Assembly (NCBI GenBank): GCA_035285125.1
Contig: JAYKHR010000145.1
Span: 1-64,000 of the forward strand
Length of the DNA: 64,000 bases
Reading direction: 5' to 3'
From: Candidatus Sericytochromatia bacterium
Lineage (GTDB): Bacteria; Cyanobacteriota; Sericytochromatia; S15B-MN24; JAQBPE01
The notes under the pieces are model-generated. The model searched no databases. It was not told where the DNA came from and saw only the letters and a list, made by a program, of their open reading frames with translations. Positions 18,691 to 27,626 of this stretch are shown piece after piece. The position numbers and the translations under genes are program-made. Each line of letters begins with the position of its first letter. Position 1 is the first letter of the stretch.

Positions 18691-18864
18691 CAGGCGCTCC
18701 TGGCCGGGGATGAGGCCTCCCCACGCCTCATTCTTCCCGGGGAAGCCGGGTGGCCTCACGCTCAAAGGCCGACTTGCCCCCCGGCTGGCAGGAGGCCACC
18801 CCACCCGGGCGGCCTTGAAGCCCCCCGCCACGCGGGTATGGTGGGGGGACAGGAGGTGCCGCCG

Positions 18865-19266
18865 ATGAACCCCAACCTGAGCCCCGAGGCCATCCAGCTC
18901 GCGCAAGAAGCCCAGCGCAGGGCGCAGCAGGCGCCCCCTCCCGGGCCTGAGGCCGAAGGAGGCCTCGAGGTGAGTGAGGAGCTGGTGGAGGCCGCGCTCG
19001 AGGTCGTCGACGTCGAAGACGTGGCCGAGGTCCTCTCGGAGGGCTTCGAGCTGCCTGGCACCGAGGCCCTGGCAGAGCTGGCGAGCAGCTCGCTGGAGGC
19101 CGTCACGGCGGGCGTGGGGGAGCTCGCAGAGGGCGCCGGCGCCCTGGTCGGCGGCCTTGTCGAGGGCCTCGGAGACGCGCTGCCCGGGGTGCTGGAGGGC
19201 GCGGGGGAGCTCGCCGCGGGGGCGTTCGAGGTGGCGCTGGGGGGGCTCGGCGAGCTGTTCAGCTGA
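18865..19266 (+). CDS. Small acidic, Gly/Ala/Glu-rich hypothetical protein
   Basis: AGGAGG RBS; MNPNLSPEAIQLAQEAQRR...GELAEGAGALVGGLVEGLG. Confidence 0.65.
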   Translation: MNPNLSPEAIQLAQEAQRRAQQAPPPGPEAEGGLEVSEELVEAALEVVDVEDVAEVLSEGFELPGTEALAELASSSLEAVTAGVGELAEGAGALVGGLVEGLGDALPGVLEGAGELAAGAFEVALGGLGELFS

Positions 19267-19352
19267 GGCCCGCGCCGCCCCGAGCCGGGGCGTTTCAAAC
19301 CCGGCTCACCCGCGTAAAGTACCAGTCGAGACCCATTGCTAGCAGGTGCCCC

Positions 19353-19790
19353 GTGAAGACCCACGCCCTACTTACCGCCGCGTTCCTCCTGTGCGCCCCC
19401 GGGCCGGCCCTCGCCGCGCCGGAGGTACTGGAGACCATCACCGCTCCCGCGCTCTTCAAGCTCATGAAGGCCGAGGGCTACGCCGTCTCGGTGGACAAGG
19501 ACGGCGACGTGGTCTGGAAGCTGGAGGGCTACAGCACGTTCATGTTCGTCGACAAGGACGGCGACTCCCTCACCTTCCGCGTCTCGTTCAAGAACGAGGG
19601 CACCACGCTCGCCAAGGTCAACGACTGGAACCGCGCCAAGCGGTTCTCGCAGTCCTTCCTCGACGAGGACGGAGACCCCTGCCTGCAGAGCGACCTGGAG
19701 CTCAACGGCGGGATCACGCGCGCCCGCCTGACGGACTACTTCAAGACGTGCCAGGCCCTGCTGAGGGCCTGGACCAAAGAGGTGCTCTGA
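19353..19790 (+). CDS. Secreted YbjN-domain protein (T3SS-chaperone-like fold)
   Basis: Signal peptide; VDKDGD, VNDWNRAKRFSQSFLDEDGDPCLQSDLELNGGIT. Confidence 0.85.
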   Translation: MKTHALLTAAFLLCAPGPALAAPEVLETITAPALFKLMKAEGYAVSVDKDGDVVWKLEGYSTFMFVDKDGDSLTFRVSFKNEGTTLAKVNDWNRAKRFSQSFLDEDGDPCLQSDLELNGGITRARLTDYFKTCQALLRAWTKEVL

Positions 19791-19809
19791 CGCCCGCAGG
19801 GGCCAGGCC

Positions 19810-20220
19810 TCAGCCCGGCGCGGCCCGGCGCCGCCTGCGCGGCTTGCCCAGCGTCCCGTCGAGCGCGCGCAGCGCCACCTCCGCGACGAGGTCGGGGCAG
19901 CCCGCCGCGGCGGACTCGGGCGCCAACCAGCCGAACAGCAGCACCCACCGGGGCACGTCGACCTTGAGGTCCTCCAGGTCCCTGGCGAGGATCAGCAAGC
20001 CGGCGTTGTCCCGCCAGTCCAGAGACTTCCCGCCGAGGGCCGGGGCCCCCTCGACGTGGCGCTTGGCGGCCCCGACAAAGAGATCCATGATCGCGGCGCG
20101 CTCCAGCCGCGTGAACATGGCGGTGGGCTCGGCCATGAGGCGCTCGAGCACCTGCAGGCGCAGGGCCGCGAAGTTGACGGTCCAGCAGGCGGAGGGATGG
20201 GGCTGGTGGAAGAACGTCAT
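19810..20220 (-). CDS. Hypothetical protein
   Basis: AAGGAGG RBS before MTFFHQPHPSACW; co-oriented downstream of the DUF4258-like gene. Confidence 0.6.
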   Translation of the reverse strand: MTFFHQPHPSACWTVNFAALRLQVLERLMAEPTAMFTRLERAAIMDLFVGAAKRHVEGAPALGGKSLDWRDNAGLLILARDLEDLKVDVPRWVLLFGWLAPESAAAGCPDLVAEVALRALDGTLGKPRRRRRAAPG

Positions 20221-20260
20221 GGGGGGCCTCCTTCGGGCACGGGGGGGCATTCGCGAGGGC

Positions 20261-20578
20261 TCAGGCGCGAGGCCTGGCACGGCGTCCGGGCCGCCCACGC
20301 CAGGCCTCTGCGGGCAGACGTTTGATGGCGCGGACCGCCAGCGGGTTGCGGTAAACGGTGATGATGCAGCCGCTCTCCACGGCCTGCAGCACGGTGATGC
20401 CGACCAGGTGCTCGTGGGACCGCTCGCAGCCGCGTGGCAGGTCCCGCCGGCCCAGGAACACGAAGCGAATCCCCGTCCGGTAGCTCACGCGACCGTGGCG
20501 CAGCGCGAAGGCGACGTCCGAGGGGCTGATGTTGCGGTGCGAGAGGCGCTGACGGGCATGGTGGGTGAACGGGGTCAT
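20261..20578 (-). CDS. DUF4258-like small protein (putative BrnT/RelE-fold RNase toxin)
   Basis: AAAGGAG RBS; FTHHARQRLSHRNISPSDVAFALRHG ... IITVYRN. Confidence 0.8.
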   Translation of the reverse strand: MTPFTHHARQRLSHRNISPSDVAFALRHGRVSYRTGIRFVFLGRRDLPRGCERSHEHLVGITVLQAVESGCIITVYRNPLAVRAIKRLPAEAWRGRPGRRARPRA

Positions 20579-20805
20579 GGCTGCGCTCCTTTTGTGTCGC
20601 TTTGCGATATCAAAAACCACCCGGCGTGGCCGGCTGCATCGCGGGGTCACCCAGCCATCTTGCAACCAAACCAACATCAAAATCCGATACAATCAAATCA
20701 ACCCCCTCGGTTGGGCCAAGTCTTTTGCCCCACCTGTCGGCTCGCCACCCCGGCCACCGTTAGGCCGGGTGGCCCGGCGGGAACAACTTGGCAAAGGAGA
20801 CCCCC

Positions 20806-23133
20806 TTGGCGAGACGCAAGGCCCCGAGCGCGAACAACTGGCACTACCACCTCCGGCAGGTGATGGCCGCCGCCTACGAGGGCAGCCTGGACGAGGACGG
20901 GTTCGACCGCCTGGCTGAAGCCGCCGCCGAGTGTCCGGACGCCCCGACCACCTCCGTGCTGCTGGCCGAACTCGACGCCGCCCGGGCCGCCGGAGACCAG
21001 GCCCGCCTGGACGTGGCGGCCCTCGTGGCGATGGCAGGCCGGGTCCGCCCGGATGCCCCGGCTGTCAGGGAGCGGGCCATGCAGCTGCTCGGGCGGCCCG
21101 ACGGGCTGCCCGCCTTCCGCCGGGCGGTGGCGGCAGCCACCGGCAGCACCCTGCAGGCCCTGCTCGGCGACGGGGCAACGCCCCTCGAGCCGGCCCCTCC
21201 GTCAGCGCGCTCGCGCGGGCGTCGCGCGCCGGCGGTGGCAGCCCCCCCCACCTCCGCCACGGCCCGGGTACCACAGGCCTTCCCCGAGCCCTCCAGGCTG
21301 GGCATCACCGGGCTGGCTCCCGTGCCGGGCTGGCAGCTCCTGATCGACGAGTCGGGCAAGTTCAGTGGCCGCGACAACAGCCTGGTGGTGGCCCTGCTGG
21401 TGCCGCTGGACTCGGAGCTGCCGCCCTTGCCCAGGGCCTGGCACGCCAAGGACAAGCGTCCGCGAGCGCTGCGCGAGGCCTTCGCCACCCTCGCGCAGCA
21501 TCGCGTGGGCGTGCTCGGCTTCACGCTGGACGCGCTGGCCCCGCTGCCGGAGCGTCGCTGGGAGGCCGCCGTGGCCGCCCTGGGGCAGTGGGCGCTCCGG
21601 CTGCTGCCGGTGGCAGGCAAGACGCGGTTGGCGATGGTGATCGAGCAGCGCAGCGAGCACGCCTCCGGGGACACCTGGGGCCCGCTGGCCGCCGAGTGGG
21701 CCCGGCAGACCGCCCAGGACGACCCCACCCGCGCCGCCCTCCTGACGCTCGAGCGGCCGCGCGTGATCGCCAAGGACGAGAACGGCCGCAACGGCTACGT
21801 CGACCTGGTGGCCTACCTGTGGAACACCGGGCGCCTGACCGAGCTTGGGGCCGACGCCCTGCGCGAGACGTGGCTGCTGGAGACCCCCATCCGCGACTGG
21901 GATCGCCTCTGGACGGCCTGTCGGCCGGGGGGCAGCCTGCCCTCCGAGGCGCTGCGCGCCTTCCTGGCCGACCCGCGCGCCTGGGTGGGGGAGGGCCTCG
22001 GCGCCGCCCTGTACGCCCGACTCGTGGAGCACCTGGGGCGTGAGGGCAACGTCTGGGGCGAGGTGCTGCGGGAGGCCTGGGGCCAGGCAGAGAGTGCCGC
22101 GGTGGACCTCCAGCGGCTGCGCCGCGCGCTGAGGCTGCTGCAGGCTGGCCGACCGGGCCCCGAGCACCGGCAAGACCTCGGCCCGGCCGAGTTCCTGATG
22201 TTTGGCATCTTGCAGCTGCAGCACGGCAACCACGCCGGCTTCGTCACGCAAGAGGGCCCCGACGCCCTCGCGCGGCTTTGCGATCGCTACGCGGAGGACG
22301 AGCCCGAGCTCGTCTGCCAGGCGGACCTTGTCCGGGCCGTGCGCTGCACAAACGCCTTCGACTTCGAGGGCGCGTCGCGCTCGCTGGGGCGGTGGCAGCC
22401 CCTCGGCGACAAGCCCGGGCCCAGGCGGCAGCTGGCGGGGCGTCTGGCCAGCGCCTCGGGTCAGCACGCCGCCTTCCGGGGCGACTTCCAGGCCGCCGAG
22501 CGGCTGTTCACCCAGGCGATCGCCACCTTCGCCGCGATGGGCGACACCCGCCGCGGCGCGGTCGAGCAGGCCCGCACCCGGATCTACCGCGCCCTCGCGG
22601 CGTTGGACGCCCCTGGCGCTGGCTGGGAAGAGCGCGAGGCCCGCGTGGCCGAGGCCCTGCAGGCCCCGGTGGACCGCGCCCTGGTGACCTCCCTGGCAGC
22701 CCAGGGCGATGGGGCCCTGCGGTACCGCCACCACCTGCTGCTGCGCCACCTGGTGGCGCGCCAGGACGCCGGGCTGCGCGAGGCGTACCTGGCGGCCGAG
22801 CCGACGTGGGCCACGGGCCACGGGCGCCCCTGGCCCCAGATCGCGCTGCTGCGGGCCGTCCTGTGGCTGCAGGCGGGACGGCGCGAGCGGGCCACCACGG
22901 CCTGGGAGGCCGCCCTCGACCTCGCCCGCGCGCCCGGGCAGGGGCCCACGCTGGCCTTCGTGGCGCTGGCGATGGCCCGCGCCGCGCAGCTGGCCGGCCT
23001 GCCCGTCGAGACGCCTGCGCTGGACCAGGACGGCCTCCGGGCCCAGCTCCCCCTGGCCCCCTGGGAGGCGCTGGCGGGCGAGCGGGACTGGCTGCGGCTG
23101 CTGGCCCGCTGCGCCCCGTTCAACTTCCGCTGA
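20806..23133 (+). CDS. Large protein with DUF3800-like RNase H-fold domain and C-terminal helical (TPR-like) region
   Basis: AAGGAG then TTG at 20806; LLIDESGKF, WHAKD, IEQRS, YVDLVAYLW; Ala/Leu-rich helical repeats. Confidence 0.65.
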   Translation: MARRKAPSANNWHYHLRQVMAAAYEGSLDEDGFDRLAEAAAECPDAPTTSVLLAELDAARAAGDQARLDVAALVAMAGRVRPDAPAVRERAMQLLGRPDGLPAFRRAVAAATGSTLQALLGDGATPLEPAPPSARSRGRRAPAVAAPPTSATARVPQAFPEPSRLGITGLAPVPGWQLLIDESGKFSGRDNSLVVALLVPLDSELPPLPRAWHAKDKRPRALREAFATLAQHRVGVLGFTLDALAPLPERRWEAAVAALGQWALRLLPVAGKTRLAMVIEQRSEHASGDTWGPLAAEWARQTAQDDPTRAALLTLERPRVIAKDENGRNGYVDLVAYLWNTGRLTELGADALRETWLLETPIRDWDRLWTACRPGGSLPSEALRAFLADPRAWVGEGLGAALYARLVEHLGREGNVWGEVLREAWGQAESAAVDLQRLRRALRLLQAGRPGPEHRQDLGPAEFLMFGILQLQHGNHAGFVTQEGPDALARLCDRYAEDEPELVCQADLVRAVRCTNAFDFEGASRSLGRWQPLGDKPGPRRQLAGRLASASGQHAAFRGDFQAAERLFTQAIATFAAMGDTRRGAVEQARTRIYRALAALDAPGAGWEEREARVAEALQAPVDRALVTSLAAQGDGALRYRHHLLLRHLVARQDAGLREAYLAAEPTWATGHGRPWPQIALLRAVLWLQAGRRERATTAWEAALDLARAPGQGPTLAFVALAMARAAQLAGLPVETPALDQDGLRAQLPLAPWEALAGERDWLRLLARCAPFNFR

Positions 23134-23146
23134 GGCAAGCAAGGCC

Positions 23147-24175
23147 GTGACGCCCACCTTCATCCCCGTGCTGCCCCAGGCCGACGCCCAGACCTTCCTC
23201 TCCGAACTCGGCCCGCGGGGCCCCCGGCCGCGCAGCTGGCGCACCGGCCGCACGCGCGTGGAGGTGCCACTCGCGGACGGCGACCACCTGCTCGCGTGGC
23301 TGCACGCGCTCCCGGGCGTGGCGCCAGCCGACGCCCCCCTCGTGATCCATTTTCACGGCCTGGGCTCTCACGCGGACACGGGCACCCAGCTCGGGCTCAG
23401 CGCCAAGGCCCACGCCGCGGGGCTACACAGCCTGCGCGTGAACTGGCGGGGGGCCGGGGGGTCCGAGGCCCTCGGCACCGGCATCGCCTCCGGCATCGGG
23501 TGGCAGGACGTGGCCGACGTGGTGGCCCACGCACGCCGGCTCGGCCACGGGCGCATTTACTTGACGGGGCTCTCCCTCGGCGGCGCGATCCTGCTCAACG
23601 CGCTGGCGCGCTGCGAGCCCCGGCTGGTGGTTGCGGGCGCGGTGTGCATCTCCCCCCCGATGAACTTCGGCGCGGCAGCCCGCTCGCTGACCACCCGCCG
23701 CAACCGCTTCTACGATGCCCGCTTTGTGTGGCTGCTGACGCGGGCCATTCGGCGCTACGTCCCCCGAGGCAAGGGCGGCGAGCGCCTGCGGCCCTACCTG
23801 CCCAAGCTGTCAGGCCTGCGCAGCGTCTACGAGTTCGACGACACCGTGACGGCGCCCGCCCTCGGCCTGCCGGACGCCGACACCTACCACGCAGCAGCCA
23901 GCCCGGGCCCCCACCTCGCCGCCATCACCGTGCCCACGTGGGTGCTGACGGCGGCAGATGACCCTTTCGTCCCCGTGGCTGGCCAGCGCCCGCCGCTCGA
24001 GGCCCTGCCACCGGGCTCCCCCGTCTCGTGGACCATCACGGACCACGGGGGCCACGTGGGCTTCTTCGGGCGGCGCGAGCACCCCGCGCACCCCTGGGAG
24101 GACGCGCACTGGGCCGAGAACGCGGCGATCCGTTGGATCCTGGCCCAGGAGGCCGCAGCCCCAACCGCGCCGTAG
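23147..24175 (+). CDS. YheT-family alpha/beta hydrolase
   Basis: HFHGLGS, VNWRGAGG, GLSLGG nucleophile, EFDDTVTAP, AADDPFV, GGHVGF. Confidence 0.9.
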   Translation: MTPTFIPVLPQADAQTFLSELGPRGPRPRSWRTGRTRVEVPLADGDHLLAWLHALPGVAPADAPLVIHFHGLGSHADTGTQLGLSAKAHAAGLHSLRVNWRGAGGSEALGTGIASGIGWQDVADVVAHARRLGHGRIYLTGLSLGGAILLNALARCEPRLVVAGAVCISPPMNFGAAARSLTTRRNRFYDARFVWLLTRAIRRYVPRGKGGERLRPYLPKLSGLRSVYEFDDTVTAPALGLPDADTYHAAASPGPHLAAITVPTWVLTAADDPFVPVAGQRPPLEALPPGSPVSWTITDHGGHVGFFGRREHPAHPWEDAHWAENAAIRWILAQEAAAPTAP

Positions 24176-24229
24176 CGACGGGGCACCGGGCAGGCACCGC
24201 GCGCTGACCACCGGCCAGGCGGCGGGCCC

Positions 24230-24748
24230 TCAGCGCCGCCGACCCGCCAGGGCCTCCAGCCAGCCCAGCGCCTTGCCCACGCCCTGGTCGACCAGCTGGC
24301 GCGCCTGGCGCCTGCGGCGCCACCACAGAAAGTCGCGCTCCAGCACGTCCGGGTCCGGCCAGCGCAGGCGGGTCCAGCTCCAGGCCAGGCGCACGGCCCA
24401 GACCAGGCCAAGCACCCCGCTCGCCACGGCGTCGGAGGTGAGCAGCGCCTCGCCGGCCACGAGCAGCGGCATCACCAGGGCAAACCGGCGCATCGCGGCG
24501 TGAAACGGGGCCCAGCGGGAGGCCTCGAAGGCGGCCCGGTCGGCCGCGACGGCCTCGGACTCCAGCTGCCGCGCCCGGGCCGCCTCGACCCGGGCGAGCG
24601 CGGCCTCGAGCTCGGCTGGCCCGATGTCGAGCTCAGCGGCGATGCGCGCGAGGTCCTCAGGCCTCGGGTCCGGCTCCCCCTTGAGACGCCGCTCGTAGTG
24701 TTCGAAGATCGCCGCGTAGGCGGAGTCTTGGCCTTCCTGCCCGGGCAT
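24230..24748 (-). CDS. Small membrane protein (2TM-domain-like)
   Basis: EDLARIAAELDIGPAELEAAL followed by two hydrophobic segments; TACAAT and GGAGG upstream. Confidence 0.65.
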   Translation of the reverse strand: MPGQEGQDSAYAAIFEHYERRLKGEPDPRPEDLARIAAELDIGPAELEAALARVEAARARQLESEAVAADRAAFEASRWAPFHAAMRRFALVMPLLVAGEALLTSDAVASGVLGLVWAVRLAWSWTRLRWPDPDVLERDFLWWRRRRQARQLVDQGVGKALGWLEALAGRRR

Positions 24749-24885
24749 TGCGCGCCTCCCGATGCGGCCATTGTACCCGGCTGCCCGCCCCGCGAGGCGA
24801 GAGGCAACGGCCCCCATCACAGACGCAGGCCACCACCGCTGCCAGGCTCGAAGGGCCCGTCGACCCGCCCCGCCTCAAGGTCTCC

Positions 24886-26421
24886 ATGGCACGCCTGTCC
24901 ACCGCCTGCGCCTTCACGGCGTGTCTGGCCCTGTACCTCCTCGACGTCCTGTATGGCCCCTGGACCGGGGACGGAGGCTACCAGCTCGCCCAGGGGGCCA
25001 TCGTGGCTGCGGGTTCCCTGCCGTACATGCACTTCGAGCCGTTCTACACCCCCTTGCCGATGCTGCTGCACGCGGTGCCGATGGCAGCCGGGGTGCCGCC
25101 CTGGTGGCTGGTCTGGGGCTTGCCCTTGGCCTGGGTGGCGGCGATCGGGGCGCTCAGCGCAGCCGCCCTGCGCCAGGACCTGCCCCGCCTCGCCGGGTGG
25201 GGGCTCGGCCTGGCCGCAGGCGGCTATGCGCTGCTGTGCCTCGACTACGCTGGCAACCACCTCACGGGTGAGCATGGCGTGGTCGCGTTCGGGCTTGCGG
25301 CCCTCGTGGCCTTCCGCGCCGGCGAGGCAGGCCGCTCTCGCCGGTTCTTCTGGGCGGGCCTCCTGGCTGCCTGCGCCTTCTGGTCGAAGCAGTCAGGCGC
25401 CCTCGTGGTGCTGCCCTTCTTGACCCAGCTGAGAAGCCGTCAGGACCTGGCGGCGCTGGCGCTGGGCTGGCTCACCCCTGGCCTCGCCGTGGCGCTGAGC
25501 CTCGGGGTGGAGCCTGCGCGCCTCGCCCGCAGCCTGGGGATCGTGGGGACGTACGCGCAGCAGTTCGAGGCCCCCAAGGCAACCCCGCCCCTGACCGCTC
25601 AGCTGGCCGACCTCGTGGCCCGCAGCTGGCACCTCCTGCGCTGGGAGGTACACCGCACGCCACCGGGTGCCCTGCTGCTGCTGGTCGGGGCCGTGGCGGC
25701 CTGCTTCGGCCTGGCCCGCACCCCCACCTGGCGCGAGCGTGCGTGGCTGGGCACCTGGGCCGGCGTGGCGGCCGCCCACCTGGTCAGCCGCCTGCTGGTG
25801 GATGCCCACCACTACGTGCTGAACGCGTGGCCGTCGCTGGTCGTCATCGCCGGTGCCGCGGGCCAGCTGGTGCCGCCCCGGCTCGTGCGGGCCGTGGCCG
25901 TGGCCTGGCTCGGCGCCAGCACGGTGCTGGTCGTGGCCTACCGCCACCAGCAGCCGATCTGGCTGCACCGCTGGGAGGACCGCAGCCCGCTGGCCGGCGA
26001 CCTTCGCCGTGTGGCGGCCGAGCTTGCCGCCGCGTTGCCCGAGGACCGCTGGCTCTACAGCGCGGAGAACAACCGCGTGATCCCGTTCCTGGCAGGCAAG
26101 GTGCCCGTCAACGCGTCGTGGATCCACTGGACCGAGGACTTCGACCGCCTCGAGGCCGTTCCCACCCCCGCCCGGGGTGCCCACCCCGTCCCGGTTCTGC
26201 TGGACGCCAACCTGTTCTCGACGCGAAAGCTGCGCGCCGACCTGACGCTCTCGCCAGGCTGGACCCTGGCGCGGACCTGGCACCCGCCCGGCCAGCGGCT
26301 AGAGCTGTGGGTGCCCCTCGAGCATGGCGACCGCGGCCTGCGTGCCACACCGGATGGCGTAGTTGACGCCCCGATCCTCGGGGAAGATGTGGGTCATGTT
26401 GGCCAGAAAGACGCCCGGTAG
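24886..26421 (+). CDS. Polytopic membrane protein, probable GT-C (ArnT/PMT-like) glycosyltransferase
   Basis: DGGYQL..GSLPYMHFEPFYTP, AGLLAACAFWSKQSG, HHYVL; about 11 TM segments. Confidence 0.7.
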   Translation: MARLSTACAFTACLALYLLDVLYGPWTGDGGYQLAQGAIVAAGSLPYMHFEPFYTPLPMLLHAVPMAAGVPPWWLVWGLPLAWVAAIGALSAAALRQDLPRLAGWGLGLAAGGYALLCLDYAGNHLTGEHGVVAFGLAALVAFRAGEAGRSRRFFWAGLLAACAFWSKQSGALVVLPFLTQLRSRQDLAALALGWLTPGLAVALSLGVEPARLARSLGIVGTYAQQFEAPKATPPLTAQLADLVARSWHLLRWEVHRTPPGALLLLVGAVAACFGLARTPTWRERAWLGTWAGVAAAHLVSRLLVDAHHYVLNAWPSLVVIAGAAGQLVPPRLVRAVAVAWLGASTVLVVAYRHQQPIWLHRWEDRSPLAGDLRRVAAELAAALPEDRWLYSAENNRVIPFLAGKVPVNASWIHWTEDFDRLEAVPTPARGAHPVPVLLDANLFSTRKLRADLTLSPGWTLARTWHPPGQRLELWVPLEHGDRGLRATPDGVVDAPILGEDVGHVGQKDAR

Positions 26422-27606
26422 CGGCGTCTCGAAGCCAGGCCGGCGGTGCCCGTAGCCGACGCGCACCACGGGCTGCGCGTGGCGCGCGCGCGCCACATGG
26501 GCCTCCTCGATGTCGGCCAGCGTGAAGCCCGGTCGGACCCGCGCGAGGCCCTCCACCCACCGCGCGAGCACGGCGTCGTCCGACAACCCGAACACCGGCT
26601 CCTCTGCGTCGAGGTAGTTCGACACGTAGAGCACGTGGCGGCCCCCATAGCCAGGGTCTCGGACCAGGTTCGTGTGCTCGATGAGGCCCCCGAAGGGCAT
26701 GCCTGCGTCGCCCACGTTGAGCCAGTAGTAACGGCTGAACGACCGCCGCAGGGTCAAGGTGCCGCACAGCACGCCCGTGTGGGCGATGCCGGCGCAACGC
26801 TCGGCGAAGGGTGCCGGCAGGTCCGGCAGCAGGCGGGGCACCAGCGGCATCGGCACCGTCACCAGCACGCGGTCGAAGGCCTCATCCAGGCCGGGGCCCA
26901 GCAGGCGCACGCCCCCCTCGGCCTCGGGCCGGATGGCCGCCACCTCAGAGCCGAGCCGCAGCGTCAGCCCGGAGGCCAGCAGGTGCTCCCGCAGCCGCCG
27001 ACCGACCTGCCCGAAGCTGCCTCGGACGTAGCCCAACCGCTCCCGCTGCCCGCTGCGGTTGCCGCCCCGCAGGCGGATCTTGCCCCAGAGCCAGGCCATC
27101 GAGATCTCCCCGGCGGCGGCCCCGAACTTGGCCTCCAGCAGCGGCTGCCAGCACGTCTCGTACACACGCCCCCCGACGTGGCGGGCGAACCAGTCGCGCA
27201 CCGAGACGTCATCGAGCGCCTCCCACCCGGCGTGCCGCGCCAGGCGGAGGATGGAGAGCCCGAAGCGCACGCGGTCCACCGGCGCCAGCGGCGCGAAGCG
27301 GAGCAGGCTGAGGGGCGTGCCGAACGGGTGAAGGCGCCCGCCCAGGAAGTACCCCATCTCGCCCTCGAGCCACTGCAGCTCGGACGCCAGCCCGAGCTCC
27401 TCGATGAGGGCGATCAGGTCGACGTCCGACTGAAAGGCGTGGTGGTAGAAGTGCTCGAGCCAGGTGTCGCCGAAGGGGCGGCAGCCCGCCAACCCCTCGG
27501 GGGCGGTGGCCCGCTCGACCAGCGTGACCCGCTGCCCGGCGGCCAGCAACCGCCGGGCAGCGGCCAGCCCGGTGTAGCCGCCGCCGACGATCGCGACGCT
27601 CAGCAC
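26299..27606 (-). CDS. FAD-dependent oxidoreductase (protoporphyrinogen oxidase/amine oxidase-like family)
   Basis: VAIVGGGYTGLAAA, LEHFYHHAF, YWLNVGD..PFGGLIEHTN, IFPEDRGVN. Confidence 0.88.
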   Translation of the reverse strand: MLSVAIVGGGYTGLAAARRLLAAGQRVTLVERATAPEGLAGCRPFGDTWLEHFYHHAFQSDVDLIALIEELGLASELQWLEGEMGYFLGGRLHPFGTPLSLLRFAPLAPVDRVRFGLSILRLARHAGWEALDDVSVRDWFARHVGGRVYETCWQPLLEAKFGAAAGEISMAWLWGKIRLRGGNRSGQRERLGYVRGSFGQVGRRLREHLLASGLTLRLGSEVAAIRPEAEGGVRLLGPGLDEAFDRVLVTVPMPLVPRLLPDLPAPFAERCAGIAHTGVLCGTLTLRRSFSRYYWLNVGDAGMPFGGLIEHTNLVRDPGYGGRHVLYVSNYLDAEEPVFGLSDDAVLARWVEGLARVRPGFTLADIEEAHVARARHAQPVVRVGYGHRRPGFETPLPGVFLANMTHIFPEDRGVNYAIRCGTQAAVAMLEGHPQL

Positions 27607-27626
27607 GGCGCGCCCGCGCCGGGCAC

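Noticed and set aside
15742..19266. 1174-aa + strand ORF and other long ORFs antisense or frame-shifted to real genes (e.g. 29536-33042, 40635-43649, 45560-48952, 9036-11585)
   Set aside because: Stop-poor shadow frames expected at this GC content; Arg/Pro/Gly-rich with no motifs. Only the last 133 aa of 15742-19266 is a credible gene
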